From positions 199,266-263,265 of the forward strand of contig JAQGDQ010000157.1 of assembly GCA_030141605.1 (NCBI GenBank): a DNA stretch of 64,000 bases, given 5' to 3'. A program made the position numbers and the translations under genes. The first letter of the stretch is position 1; each line of letters begins with the position of its first letter. Source of the DNA: Tubiluchus corallicola (lineage: Eukaryota; Animalia; Priapulida). Below the pieces are notes generated by a model that made no database searches, was not told where the DNA came from, and saw nothing but the letters and a program-made list of their open reading frames with translations. Of this stretch, positions 43,286 to 57,225 are shown in pieces.

Positions 43286-46200
43286 ATGTTGATGAAACCA
43301 GAGTTTGAAGACATGCACCCGAATATGAAAAGAGAGCCAGTCAATATTTCACAACTACTACTAGCCGTCGACGGGGAGGTCAGCGCAGCGAGGGAGAAAG
43401 GAGATCCCACAGAAAAGAGACTGAAAGTTCGCCTCGAGGATGAAGAATTATGGGCGAAATTCGAAACGCTCACAAATGAAATGATTGTAACAAAAAACGG
43501 AAGGTAAGGAAATACTGATTTTCTTTAAAATTCAGTTCAATTTAGTTTACTGCTCAGATAAATGACAAGTACACTGGCAAGTACAGAAAACGTACCCAAA
43601 ACTAATACTACAATATCTACTGAAATTATATCAACAATAATTTTAATATAATTTGCTTATTAAAAGCAGTATAACTGGGTGCAAATTAAAATAGCGATAA
43701 TAAAAGGTTTTGCAAGCGATTGCTCAAGGTCAAGAAAACATCGTTTATTGATTTTTAATAGGCTCTTGATTTAGCGATTTTCTTATTTTACACAGACGCA
43801 TGTTTCCGGTTTTTCGATGTTCTGTTTCCGGTTTGGATCCAAGAGCGATGTATTCACTTGTGGTAGACTTTGTACAGGTAAATTTAATTGTTTCTCTTTG
43901 CAGGTGTTTATGGGGCAATCCTGCTTTTAAATATGAGCGGTACAAAAACTTTTGATTAAATTATAGACAAATTAAATACCGTATTTAGTTAATTTGTTAT
44001 GTACTACGTACATTATGACTAACATACATAATATATATACAACAATGTTGCATTGTATTATACTGTATTGAATTATGATATATTACAATATATCATATTG
44101 TATATATATATTATACTGTATATTATATCGTATTGTATTGCACTGTATTATATTATATTATATGTCTTGTATTGTAGTCATCAATAAACTTATTATTATT
44201 ATTATTATGTACATATATCGCATATACATATTTGCATATACCGATATATATATATATAGGCCTATATATATTGATGTACAATATATAATATGCACATCAT
44301 CAATATAACAGAACAAAAATTTATATGGTATAAACATAAATGATTTTTGAATAAAAAGCTGCAATGTTATACGTTATTGTACTTTTTCTGCAAAAATTTA
44401 TTCGCCGTATATATCACTGCCAGGTTATAATTCAAAGCTTACGTGTAATAATTTTGTGATAACTTTATGGTCATAAGCCATAATTAGTGCTACCAAATAC
44501 TCCGTCAAAAGATGTATAGCTCAAACTTTTCTGTTTTTTCTTCATTTTTGTGATTGAAGGATAATACAACTTATTGCTTATAATATTTTTTAAAAACATG
44601 CGATGATATGCGCCTAGTCTTAATACGGAGGAATTAGATATGAACTTTTAAAAACTATAAATTATTATAAAACAAATTGATGTTAATTTCACAGGTTGAT
44701 CAGCACAGGTGGAAGTACGTGAACGGTGAGTGGGTACCGGGAGGAAAACCGGAACCTCCCGCTCCGAACAGCGTCTACGTACATCCGGAATCTCCAAATT
44801 TCGGAGCTCATTGGATGAAGGAACCCGTCTCATTTAGTAAAGTGAAGCTGACGAACAAAACTAATGGAAATGGGATGGTAAGTTCATCTCTTTATTTCTT
44901 TTTTTTTTATTAAATTTTGTTTTGCATTTTCAAGCTCCGTTTTTTGTTCTGTTGTCCATAAAAAGGAAGTTTATCTTGAACATTTTATATAACTCAAGCT
45001 TAAAATATGGTTGATTTATTGAAATAGAGTAGGCTAAGCTTATGACAGACAGGCACTACAAATTCAAAAATTCGTTTTTTTAATTTTATGTAGCAGAGGG
45101 CCTCACTATAAGTCACAAGACCTATATTTTTTGTAATTAATTTCTGAAATTAGAATTGGTCTTCGCACAATAGCAAAATTTTCAGGAATGGTAGGCTTGG
45201 TAGCCCTTATTCAACAGTAGTCACTAACTCGCAATTAGGGTCCACAAAGTTTACTGCAAATTCAAACTCAGGTTTCTTATACTAGTTTCTGTTATGTAGT
45301 TTAGAGTTGTTAAGATAAGATAAGAAAAAATATTTATTCAGGATAGCTTGATTGAGCAAAGCTTGTTTACAACAAGGTCCTGAATAGTGCACAGTTTTCA
45401 AACAATATTCACGCCAATGCCAAAAAACGTATTTTGAACAAAAACAAAACATGTCAAAATTTAAAAGCTTCCCAAAAAGATGAAATTTAAAAAGCACAAT
45501 ACAATTAATTAGAATAACACTCTTGATGTAATATTGCTACTGTTCCTTCAGGTGACAATTTGCCCCATGGTAGAGATGCTGCATGTTCCATTTTCGTCAA
45601 GAATCCTCGAATTTAGTCTTAAATTTAACTACTTAATTACAATTATTTTTTTCTTATTTAACGAACAACAATTAACACACTTCAGCACAAAATTCTAAGA
45701 TTTAATCTCTCTTTTAACAGACTGACGATTTTATGTTTTATTAATGCAACATCGACGACTATATTCGGGAAAAAGAAAAATAACGCAATTTTATATATTT
45801 ATTGTACACATGTGTACTTTCAGATTTTGAAATGGTTAGTAGAACTTTACTAAAAAAACAAACAGGTCTGACATTACATTGACTAACATTATTAATTGTA
45901 CTTTGCAAATGAAAAATATGGCGAGTATAACTTAATTTAGTCTTGGTTATACAGTATAAAACTCGCAAAGCAGCAGCAGCTGGCTAAACGCGCGGTTTCA
46001 CTGTGAAATAAACTTTCTTGCTGCATTTGATTTCAAGCAAAATCGGAAACTTTCGGAAAATTTTCTGACAGGAATTCCGTGCGTCATTTTTTCTTGCGTT
46101 CCCGCACTGTGAAATGGGCCATAATCTCAGCAAATTACAGTACACAACCCTATGCTAAAGAGTTTGCTAAAATAAAACAATTTGAAAACGAATTATAGTA

Positions 46201-49200
46201 ATGATGATAATTAATTATGACAACAACAATGATAATGAACGATTATCTAATTTTTGTCTCAACATTTTACATGTGTTTTCCCTGGAGTAAAGAAAACTTT
46301 ACATTCCCTCCCAGTTGTTTCTAGGGAAAAGGAACGCCAGATTGTTATAAAAACAAGGGAGACATGATGCAGTCTTCCCACGCCTAGGCGTCGTCTCTTT
46401 TAATGGGCTACGTTTAGCTGCCCTATTGTTTATAGCTATTGCTTTATTACTAGTACAGTATTAGACCATTCTGTTCTTTTGTTCTTGAACCTGAATTCCA
46501 AATTAAGGACATCCGTCCATAAACGACTTGTCACCGAATTCTGCAAAGTCTTATTATTGTTATTATGCACAATTAGGATGCTCCATTTTTCTGTAATAGA
46601 GCCCATCTAGTGTATAAAAATATTAAACATTTAAAATATTTTACGTGAAATACTAATTATTATTATTATTTAACATATAAAGTACATTTCAAGTTAATTG
46701 CATTAGATTTAATAGCTGATTTGTAAATGCTGTTTTTTGTTTTACGTAAATTAATTGTGAAAAAATTGCAAAATAATATAGCAGACTAATTAGTACAGAA
46801 ATTTGTATTAATTATTTTGTACGTTTGCCACGCATTACATTTATAAATTTTAATCATTATATTTATTCACGTATTAATAAAATTTATATATATATATATA
46901 TATTATTTATATATATAAATAAATATAAGATTGCATCCAAGTTACAAGAATCCACTGCCTTTGTTTGTCGTTTTTTCTATTTTAATTTTAGTGTCAATTT
47001 TTAATTTGTATCTAAAAATTTTTACTTTCTAATGTGTTTTCAACTGCATTGTGGTTTTAGATAAATTAATTCACTCTCGCATTTGTCATAGTGCGTAGAT
47101 AAATTATTATAAAAGTATTAGGAAGATATTATTTTATAGTTTAAAACACTACAACTCTATTAAAACTTTCAATTTACAATTTAAAAAACCATGTTAAATG
47201 TTTCGACAGAGCTACTGTTGTCATCATCAGTGGTAATTTTTTACAAACATACATCCAGTTTATATAGGCAGAGCCTACAGTATACACATTTTATGCACTA
47301 ATTATGTATTTAACAAAAACCAAGTAGGTAATGAATAAGGAGAACCAGTAGAAAAGAAACTGATACAGAAAAATATGCACCAATTATGTATATACAAATA
47401 GGTAATAGGACCTGTAGGCTCTGCCTATATATGAACTACTTGTATGTTTGTAAAAATTTACCGCTGATAATGACAGCATAGCTCTGTCAAAACATTTGAC
47501 ATGATTTTCTAACTATGTAAATTAAAGGTTTTTATAAGGTTCTAATGTTTTAACTATAAATGTTTTAAGTGTCTGTAATAAAAAAATTGATATTATTTTA
47601 TTATAATTATGTTACTGTAGTTATTTAAAATTTATTGCTAGCCGTAGTAATTGATTACGTAGTTTGTACAAGCGTCCGTTACATAGCAACATTAGAATTC
47701 AGTATAAATACAAGGACCTACTCTTAAATAATACATATTATACATATAAATATTATACGTTGTTTAATTTCAGATAATGTTGAACTCTCTTCACAAATAT
47801 GAACCAAGACTTCACATAGTAAAAGTAGCAAGTGGTGAAGAAAATAAAACTATTACGTCACATTCATTTCCTCAAACAAGATTCATTGCTGTCACAGCTT
47901 ATCAGAACGAAGAGGTAAGATTAATTACTGTTATAAATAATTATTGTTAAATTACACACAGTGACGCTGATTTATTTGTATGTGTATGTATGTGAATTTT
48001 ATATGTATGTATATGTAACATTAGTGGACCTACTAGCATTTGATGATGGTGCGTAACTTACATTTGCGAATACACATAGCGTTCATTAGGGTCCGGCTCT
48101 GGGTAGTTTGACGCCTTAGGCAAAAGCATTTTTAGCGTCTCCTCCTCAACAATCAACCCCTTCCCCTTCGGTCCACACCCCACTTTCAATATTGAATTTT
48201 TCTTGTATAATATTATAATAAATTATAATTGTACAGTATTATAGCGTATAATGTATTAAGTGTAGTCAATTGCCTATTTACAGCCTGTGTTGATTGAATT
48301 TTAAGTTAAATTTATGACGCCATTGTACGTTTTGGATGCTGCTTGAAGTGGCCTAATCTTAGAAAATTCGCTAAAGCAAAACTAAAAAGTGTTTTTCTGC
48401 GGGAAGACACTTGCTAGCATCCAAGACTCGTACGTTTCAACAACAAATAACGCAGCTAGTTTGTTTCTTTTAATTAATGCTGTGTTGGAATTACACATAC
48501 AACATGTTACTACTTGGGCTAAATTTCAAAATTAAAGAATTACTTCCAGAATTTGGCGTCCCCAAAAAAATTGATGGCCTAGGCGACTTGCCTGGTTTGC
48601 CTACTGGTAGAGCCGGCCCTGGCCTTCATATTAAAATTGCAGATACTGTAAATCTGAATTATTGCAAATCAGTAAAAAATAAATTATCGGCTATAATTGT
48701 AATTTGTAACACAGAGTAGCGCATATACACCAAAAACCTTAGTACTGTATATGATTTCTCTAATACTCTAAAAGCTATGGATTTGTAGTTAATTAATTAC
48801 AATATATTGATCTTTGAAATTATATAAAACATGTATGTACTGTAAGGCCTACGCTACTGTGTTTTGAGTGTCGTAAAGTAGAAGCAATTTATTATTTATT
48901 TTATAAATTTTTTTTTTGTTTTTGTTCGAACATGTTGTATAAGTTTACCAACAAACTTGTCATAAAATCTTGAAATACGAGAGAGGTCTCCTGAGACTTG
49001 TCATCATTAGCAGAGAAAAAACAGTAGCTTTCACCGTAGCGGGCCTCATCAGCTTGACTCTCAGGATACCAGCACTTTCTAGTCGGCTGAGGAGGCCCGC
49101 TAGGTATTTCTCTTGTATTTTGACAATAGCACAAAGTTACGATGTACGTTTTCTAGATTTAGATGTTCTTTTGTTTTTAGATTACTGGTTTGAAAATTAA

Positions 49201-52200
49201 GCACAATCCGTTTGCAAAAGCTTTTCTTGATGCTAAAGAAAGACCAGATTTTCTTCGAGACAGACCAGATGAGTATTGCAGTGAAGGGGCGCAGTATTCT
49301 GCACAGTGTAAGTGAAAAAAGCTCTTTTATTAGCTCTTTTTCTTTTCTTTTTCTCTTTCTTTTTTCTCCCATCTTTCCTTTTCTTGCTTTGTTTCTTTTT
49401 CTTCTTGTTCACATCTTTTATCTTTTTTAGCCTTTACTCTCTCTATTTTACTTTCTTTCTCTCTTTGTCTTTCTCTCTTTTCCTTCCTCTTTTTCAATCT
49501 TTCTTTCCTTTTTCTGTCTTTAACACATGAACTCAGGTAATTCATTTTTTTAATAATTCAGATTTTGGCAGCAGCGCTCCCTATTGCTAAAATTATTTCA
49601 GAAAATATAAAATGTAATTCCATGTCAAGATCCTCTTTCATTTTCTTTCCATTTTACTTTTCATTTTTATTTTTTATTTTTGTTTTTAGTAGTCATTGAT
49701 TTCATTAAACATGACAATTTTCTCTAAAAATATTAAATATTTAATTAAACGTTACTGCATGTGTTTTCTTAGATGGTGGTTGGTTCTTGCCTGGACCAGC
49801 GCTGTGCCCTCCCCCTGCCCACAATCATTTACCGTCTGGACATAGCCCTCTAGGACTCTCCGTCAATCCCTACTGTGAAAAGAGCAGAAGTTACGGCAGC
49901 CATCGAACCAACCCTTATGCAAGGACGTCACAAAGAAGCCCTTCACCTTACAGTAAGTATTGATTTTTTTATATAATAGTGCGGAAGTGAAAGAAATTTG
50001 CAAGTTCTCAGTGGTGATTTACACTACAGAGGTCCGGGTTCGGATAGTGGAATTCACTGGTTACTGCATGCACTACAAATCTGGAAGAGAGTGAACTGTA
50101 TACACCACATAGAGTTCCAAGGAAGACAGGATAATTTTTCACTTACTACCCCATTTTCAAGTCCGATAAAAAGTATGCATTTTAACACAATTAATAGTGC
50201 AAAAAGCGTTTCTGATAACTAAATAATAGATTAAAGTCTTAATTAACGGTGGGCGAGTCCAACTAGTGATGACATCGCAAACTAACATAATTTTCAACAG
50301 CAAAAATATTCCACGAGCGTGTTACACGTATTTGTGAAAGCGAACATTGAAGTACAGTGCTGCTGTAAGATATTCAATGGGTTGTATTAAAACTAGGCAC
50401 GTTTTAAGATAAAAACACAAACGAACACATCTGAACTCAGAGGTACAGCACCCGTTTTTTGAGCAACGCTTTCCGAAATGCAGACGCTGGTGCCCGTCTA
50501 ACTAGCGAATGACGAAATGCATGTGACAGCGAAGAATAGTGGCGCGAACGTGGAATTGTGTTTGTGTGATAATAATTCTTTCACGTAACTCATTTTTGAA
50601 AAAGTAGTATTTTCCTTTCAATATTTTAAAGAATAGGTTGTTTTGACCCACAGTTTAAGATTGGGTCGGGTTTTGCTTTATGAAATCGCATACCTGCAAG
50701 TAAAAGTGACATTATAATTAGTGGTTGTATAAACCCTGATGTTCTATTAGAGTCATTGTTTTTTTAAAAACTGTCGAAAGATGTTATGCGATAATTTTAA
50801 GGCAAATTATTTTTAATCTCTTTTGTAAATAATTTTGTTGCAAATATATTTGATACGGTAGTACGTGAATTAAAATTAAATCTAATATAATAAGGACACA
50901 ACCGCGCCATTTTTGTATTAAAAAATCACAAGGCTACAGAGAAAGTTTATACTTTCTACACTGATTTTAAAGCCCATTTTTCTTTTATTGCTAGAAAATG
51001 GTCGGATAATGCTTTAAAGGAAAGAACAAGTCACTCAGCATGTTGGGTTTATTTTACTGTTATTACTAAGCTTAGAAAAATATAACAAAGAAATTTCCAA
51101 AAAACTGTCTATGAAGCATAAATTTAAAATATACTACCTCTGAATAGAAATTTCCAGGTGTGATGGTTGTCACCATTCACTTGAAAATCATGTCGTAACA
51201 GGGAAGGCTTCGGGACTTTTCGTAAGCGCATTATGACTTCCCGTGAGCGCGTGCTGCTTAAACTAATTCATACTTTTGCAGCTTACCTAATGTTCACCCA
51301 AAAATATTGCAGAATTATGTAACTATTTTTTTTTTGTAAAATCTTTTAATGGAGATTGACAGTGCACTACTTTTCTTCAAGGCGAATGACGTCATTTGAA
51401 GGAGAATGGGGGATGCCAGCTCCCAAGCATGAAATCACGACTTTGAAGTGATTTTGCTAATTACACGAGGCGCTTATTATACTTTTATTACTAAATCCTT
51501 CTAACATTTTCGCGGACTTTGAAATAAACCTAACCTCCTAGAAGGCTTGGCCTTTCCTTTAAGAGCCAGCGTAAGCATAAGCAGTATGGACCCAAACTGA
51601 CTCATTATTAATATTTGACTGAAATCTTCTAGAATATTCTAAATTTAATACGCCAAATATTTTAAGACTATACATGTACTTAACTTTAAATATAACTACA
51701 TGTATAATAATTATATTCTATATATTTCTGCTAGAATCATGTGTTGTAGGGAAGTAACCACTCTTGGACGACTAGATCAAAAAGAGTGTAGGCATATGTT
51801 GAGTACCACAGGGGGCAAAATTATAAGGCGGCACGTTTAGGTATATAATTGTGACCTAAGGCTATACAAAACATCAACGTTTAGCTTATTAGATAATACA
51901 AATTCACTGCAATACAGAAGCGAGCTTATTTAGGAATGTATCTTGCTTTCATTTTTTATTGTACGAAACAGCGCTGGAAACTATGACACAGGAAAATTAC
52001 GAGTGATTTAGTTAAATAATATAAGTTTTTTTTATTTTAATGCTTTTAAAATAAACAGAATAAATTCAATTCACAGTGGAAAAGTTATCTTAAACCGTAT
52101 GTAAAACATACAAGATAACAGCAAAAATAAAATAATTAAAATGATGTATATAAATTAAAAAATGCCGAGGCTGGATTATGTCATGAAAATATGGGGCCCT

Positions 52201-53930
52201 TTCCGACGGAGCCACCATTTAACGCACACGTCTTGAATATTTTTTATTCGTGATATCTTTTAGCGACATTTACGTAGTTTGAAGTAAACTTACTGCTTTT
52301 AAATAAACTAGAACAGCTATCATTTGTTCGTCAATAAAAGTATTGTTTAAGAAATACCGCTATTTTATCATTTAATGCAAACCAAATTAGCACATATTTC
52401 AACACAACCATGGTGAAAAAACAGATTTTTACCGAAGCTTGTGGGGCCCTAGGTTGCAGGCCTATACTAGCCTATAGGATAATACGGCCCTGTGTATACC
52501 GTTTGATATTAAAAAAAGAAAAGAAAATTTTAAGTATGTTAGGCCTTTTAGTGAAAAAGACGACGCGGTACCAGTCTACAATAAACAGCACATTTAGTGG
52601 ACTTTTATTCCGTATCTCTGATAATTAAACTAAATAAAAATTTCGATTTGCATATCTTAAGTAATAATAACTCTTTTACCTAAATTTAGACAACGAAACA
52701 AACAAACAGGTGTAGCAATTCGTAAAAATGTTTCTGTTTTGACGTTTAAACACGAGTCAATGTTTGTTCACTCATATCAGCTGGTTATCAAACAGGTAAT
52801 ACATTCTATGTACCCCGGGAAGCAAATAGTTGTTTCTACATTAATGGCCCAGTGATGGTGAGCTTAATAATTGACTAAATAAACAAAAACCTGCTAGAAA
52901 AGTACATATGCGACCAATCCCACCACAAAGCATAAAATTACTTTAATTTGTGGCTCATCTATGATTTAAAACAATAGAGTAAGACCACCAATATTAAATT
53001 CTTTAAATTTGAGCAAAAAGAGAAAAGGATATAAGGTCGATACTCAGCCGGATTTGAACCACCAGCCTTTGGATTAGAAGACCTTTTTATCTTGACCAGA
53101 CTAGTATATACATTTAGACTGCATCTTTCTTGTTAGTTATTGCATAATGCCTTTTGTGATGGAATAAGCGGATAATACGAAGAATGTTTTAGAAAGTTTT
53201 TTTAGATTTTTTCCTAGTTTTTTAGTAAGTTCACCAACCGAAATGATCAGCAGGTCTAATTATAGTAATACCTTTCACCATGGGCGAATCTGCACAGCTG
53301 TGCGAAGCTAATTAGTCCAAAGCTGTACATGTTAACTTATTCTTATAATAATTGAACTCAGCAAGATTTTTTGGTTACCAGGCAGCTATACTCGAGAAAC
53401 AGCAGCCACCGATCCAACCGCCATTCCTCAGCAGTGGACGCAAGGTTTCATGAGTCCCCACGTCAGCTCAACGGGAACAAGTTCTTGCCAGTACACAATG
53501 TGGCCACTGACTGGCGCTGCGATCAACCAACACCCCTCTTGTACTTATGCACAGTAAGTAGCTGATAGTTAACCTTAGTTTTTTTGCAAATTTAAAACCT
53601 TGAGACAAAATAATGGAAATCGTTAATAATGTTGGGACCTTGATTAGTAAGTTGTATTATTTAATTAGATTAGTAATTAACATGCCTTTCTAGTATAGTA
53701 TCTTAGGACGCTGCTTTGTCCTTTTTAGGGCTCCTTTGATGCAGGATGGCACAATGTTCGTGACGACAACGGAAATCAAGCAGGATACAGAAGCGGCTTC
53801 TCCATTCGACACTCATCTGCCCCCTGGTGGTGGACACTGCGATCATCAACAACAAACATATCAAACCAGTCCTCCTCGTCGCGGGTGGAGTCCTGTCACG
53901 CCCACTTCTCATGTGAGTCAGATTGAGTAG
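43286..53930 (+). CDS. T: Brachyury (T-box transcription factor T / byn orthologue), 434 aa
   Basis: Exons 43286-43503, 43796-43877, 44695-44877, 47774-47914, 49181-49307, 49773-49952, 53382-53553, 53729-53930 (1305 nt, open frame). T-box motifs [78 protein letters not shown]; also EKGDPTE, HRTNPY and C-terminal WSPVTP. Confidence 0.97.
44020..44310. repeat. AT-rich low-complexity (TA/ATTGT) tract
   Basis: In Brachyury intron 2. Confidence 0.85.
47138..47588. mobile_element. Palindromic Penelope-like insertion (family D), copy 3
   Basis: Inverted arms with ~130-bp spacer; 13-bp flanking duplication GATATTATTTTAT (47125-47137, 47589-47601); CTGATGA...GAAAC intact on the minus strand at ~47198-47236. 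Confidence 0.68.
48087..48621. mobile_element. hAT-like MITE
   Basis: TAGGGTCCGGCTCT ... AGAGCCGGCCCTG; 8-bp TSD GCGTTCAT/GCCTTCAT. Confidence 0.8.
50120..50677 (-). mobile_element. Family B element, reverse orientation
   Basis: AGGAAGACAGGATAATTTTTC ... GGGTCGGGTTTTGCT. Confidence 0.8.
51018..51558 (+). mobile_element. Family A TTAA element, full length
   Basis: TTAA|AGGAAAGAACAAG ... CTTGGCCTTTCCT|TTAA; 13-bp TIR with 2 mismatches. Confidence 0.85.
52165..52492. mobile_element. hAT-like MITE (GGCTGGATTA type)
   Basis: GGCTGGATTAT...GGGGCCCT...GGGGCCCTAGG...ATAATACGGCCCTG; TSD not recognisable. Confidence 0.6.
53040..53105 (-). mobile_element. tRNA-derived (Arg-TCT-like) SINE head or pseudogene
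   Basis: Minus strand TCTTCTAATCCAAAGGCTGGTGGTTCAAATCC (B box); related TTCCAATCCAAAGGTTCCTGGTTCAAATCC at ~58866-58895. Confidence 0.5.
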
Positions 53931-56900
53931 ACAGTCCCTCGCTCACAGGGAGAACCGCCGTTAACTTATGTGTTGTTATATAATTTGTATATAATCATTA
54001 TTAGTTGTCATTGTAACATAAATATGTTTATTACTTACATGCAAAATTCAGTACATAAACTACCTATAAACTATACAAGTTTAGAAAATAAACTAAAGTT
54101 GCTTACCTGTGTATAAAAAATAACAATTTTACTTCAAATTTATAAATGAAAGAGTTAAAGTACTAATAAAATTTGTAATAGAAATACCTAATGATATTAA
54201 AACCCTGTACATTTATTACAATAATTTTATGAACTTCAGAATCGAACACTTAGTTTCAATTTTTCTGTTAAATAGTGAAATAACAAAATTATCTTTACAA
54301 ATGAAGTAATTATTATTTATAAATTTTCAATACTAACATATTTCAATTTATATCAACGCTAGCGTATTTTAACTAATGACACTACTTTCTTACAAAGCAA
54401 TATTTTGTACATTTTGAAAAAGTTGCATATCATCTTGCATAAGTTTTTAACCCCAACCCCGGAAAAGGAGTGGCTTCGTCACTTTGCACCAGTCTTCCAA
54501 GCTGAACAATAATCATTGCACCACACACATATCAGTGTGGGGGCGCTGGCCCCGCCAACAACTTGTGGGTGCCGTTCACTAATTGGGCCATAAACAGAAG
54601 AATAGGCGGATAATGTAACAATAACGCAGCAAGGAATGGGGACTTATTCAAGTCAAAGTCATAAAGCTGACGAATGAGCAGTAGTTGAAATGTTACCCAC
54701 GCGTATAATTTGTCCCACAGTAAAATGGCTGAGTTACACCAGTAATTACTATCAACAGCTTTTAGGCGTATATGATCCGGGTAGCAGACAACGCTTCTAG
54801 ATCGGGGTATACCTGGCTGACAGCAACTTTTAGATGCAAGGATTGGTGAAGAGGTTTCTAAAGAACACCAGTTATTGTTGCAGGAGATTGTAAACATTGT
54901 TTTATATGCTGACCTTCAGAATTTTGTAAGGGATTACATGTCGTATTTCAAACACCTATAGCGCTTTCCCTTGTCAGGAACTGTATTGGTTGCTTTGTAA
55001 GCAATGTAAGGTCAATTGTCATAATTTCTCAGCAAATTTAAAAACCGTCATCACCAATTTCTTTCTCACTCTACTCAAATGACGCACCCTGGTGTGCACT
55101 CCATAAATTTCCTCATTTTCTGGGTTAGAAAATTAGCGTTTACTGTATTCATTGGAGGCGTGCGCCCGGCAGCTCTGTTATTTGAAATGAGCCGTCGAGA
55201 TTTTTACGAGCATAATCACTGAACTCAATATGAGTTTATTGCGTATAATCTTGCCTCAAGATACCTGGAATAATAATAATAGTGTCCGTTTATGGAAGGT
55301 TTGTTGTTAGTCTACTGTTATTATGAAATTCCGAGGAATAAATAAGCGTTCTGTATATATGCGCGCGCATGTGAAAATCTTCCATTATAAAAATTATATA
55401 GGTTTATTTTGTACACTTACAATATTTACTGTATTTAGAAGAACCTTTGGTAGTTTGACCAGTAATGTACAGCCTGACTTCAATTGAATATTAAATTAGA
55501 ATAACGTAACCTATGTAACACTACCGTTTTACCCCTTTCTCCCCTATACTACTAATACATGTCGGTCCTACAGTCAGGCAACCACGTAAACGGATTCATA
55601 TTAGGACTTTACGTTCGTAATTAACAAGTTTGTAGTATATATAAAAATATAGGTAGGCCTATAAATAATTATTTTGTTTGCCGTTTTAGCTGTTTATCTT
55701 ACTAACTGAATTCCTTCAACAATTTTCAACTGGATGATTTAAATCACCTTTATATTTGTATTAAAATGTATAATATTTACATTTATCAATCAGGCTTTTT
55801 TATTACATTATCTTGTTCATAAACTATTTCATGGTCGTGGTGGCACTTAATTTATATGTTGTAATAACGTACAGTGCTAATTTTATATTTTTGCTATGTA
55901 AATGTTTGTAAATATCGTAGTTTAGATTGTATTTCTAAATAGAAACATTCCATCTGTTCAATACACCGTCCTTTCTTACACGAACAAGAAATTTTATATT
56001 GTAAAATTTTTCCTCAATCCTGTGTTCGAAATTACTTTTTCTGTACTTTACAAATAAATTATTTTTACGTACAAACTGTTTTGTTGTTTGTTTTTGTTCT
56101 CACAAACTATAATATTGGACTGAATTCCACTTGGCTCGAGAGTCAGAAGATCGAATTCCAGGATGGCATGGCGATCTTTAAACTCCACATTATGATGATC
56201 CATTGTGTACAGATGTTCTTTAATGTAATTAATTACTTAAGTAATGAAATTCTCTTAATTACAAATTTTATGTTAATTAATAACGAATTGTTAATGAACT
56301 AACTGCATATATCTTTTGTAACAAGTCATCTAGCACACAGAAAAGTTACAACATGGAACACTAGAATAATACTGTAACAAGTTTTATTGCCAGCACTAAT
56401 AACTTTAAGGGGGAAAGAAATACACAAAAAACTCACTTTTAAGTAAGTAACAGTACACATATACTAAGCCGAGGAGCACATGTGTACGTCATGATTTTCT
56501 AATGAATGGCGGCAACCACCACGCCTGAAAATCTCTAAACAATGCTAGCATATTTGAAATTTGTGCGCCGTTTCTTTGCAAATTTCTTTGTTATATTTTT
56601 CTAAGTTAAACAGTAAAATAAACCCAATATAATGAATGACTTGTTCTTTCCTTTAATATACTGTATAAAGGCGCAACTATGTAGCAGCGTATAGGTCTAC
56701 ATATGTATGTTCTATTACTGATTTTGTATGGTAGACGTTTATGCCTGAAATACACAAATCATGAGATAAACAAAAAAACTAACTTACGTAAGTAAGTAAC
56801 AGCACACATATTATAGACCGAGGAGCACCTGGGTCAGAAGTCCCAGGCTATAGTGACCTCTACACGCTTTTATACTGACATTCCAGGTCAGCTGGGTTCT

Positions 56901-57225
56901 CACACTACGTGTAAGCCCAAACAAGACGTCTGGATCTACAACGAAGGGATGAGTCGGTGCTAACGTTGAAGCAGGGCGTGCAGAGGGCGCTATACCTGTC
57001 CCGATAACGTAACAATATTCTTATTACTGCAAATACGTTGCTTGTTCAGACGCACAAATGCAGTACAAATGTTTCTATCAATTCAGTCTATATAAAATAC
57101 CTGTGATTTTAAACACTGCCACAAGAGACTGAAAGGCATAAACGTCTACCATACAAAATCAGTAATAGAACATACATATGTAGACCTACACGCTGCTACA
57201 TAGTTGTATTTATATAGTATATTAA

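Noticed and set aside
49312-49545. Phe-rich and Lys/Glu-rich ORFs
   Set aside because: Polypyrimidine low-complexity intron sequence.
53040-53105. Functional tRNA-Arg gene
   Set aside because: D-arm and acceptor stem do not form; treated as a tRNA-derived relic, like 13613 and 58866.
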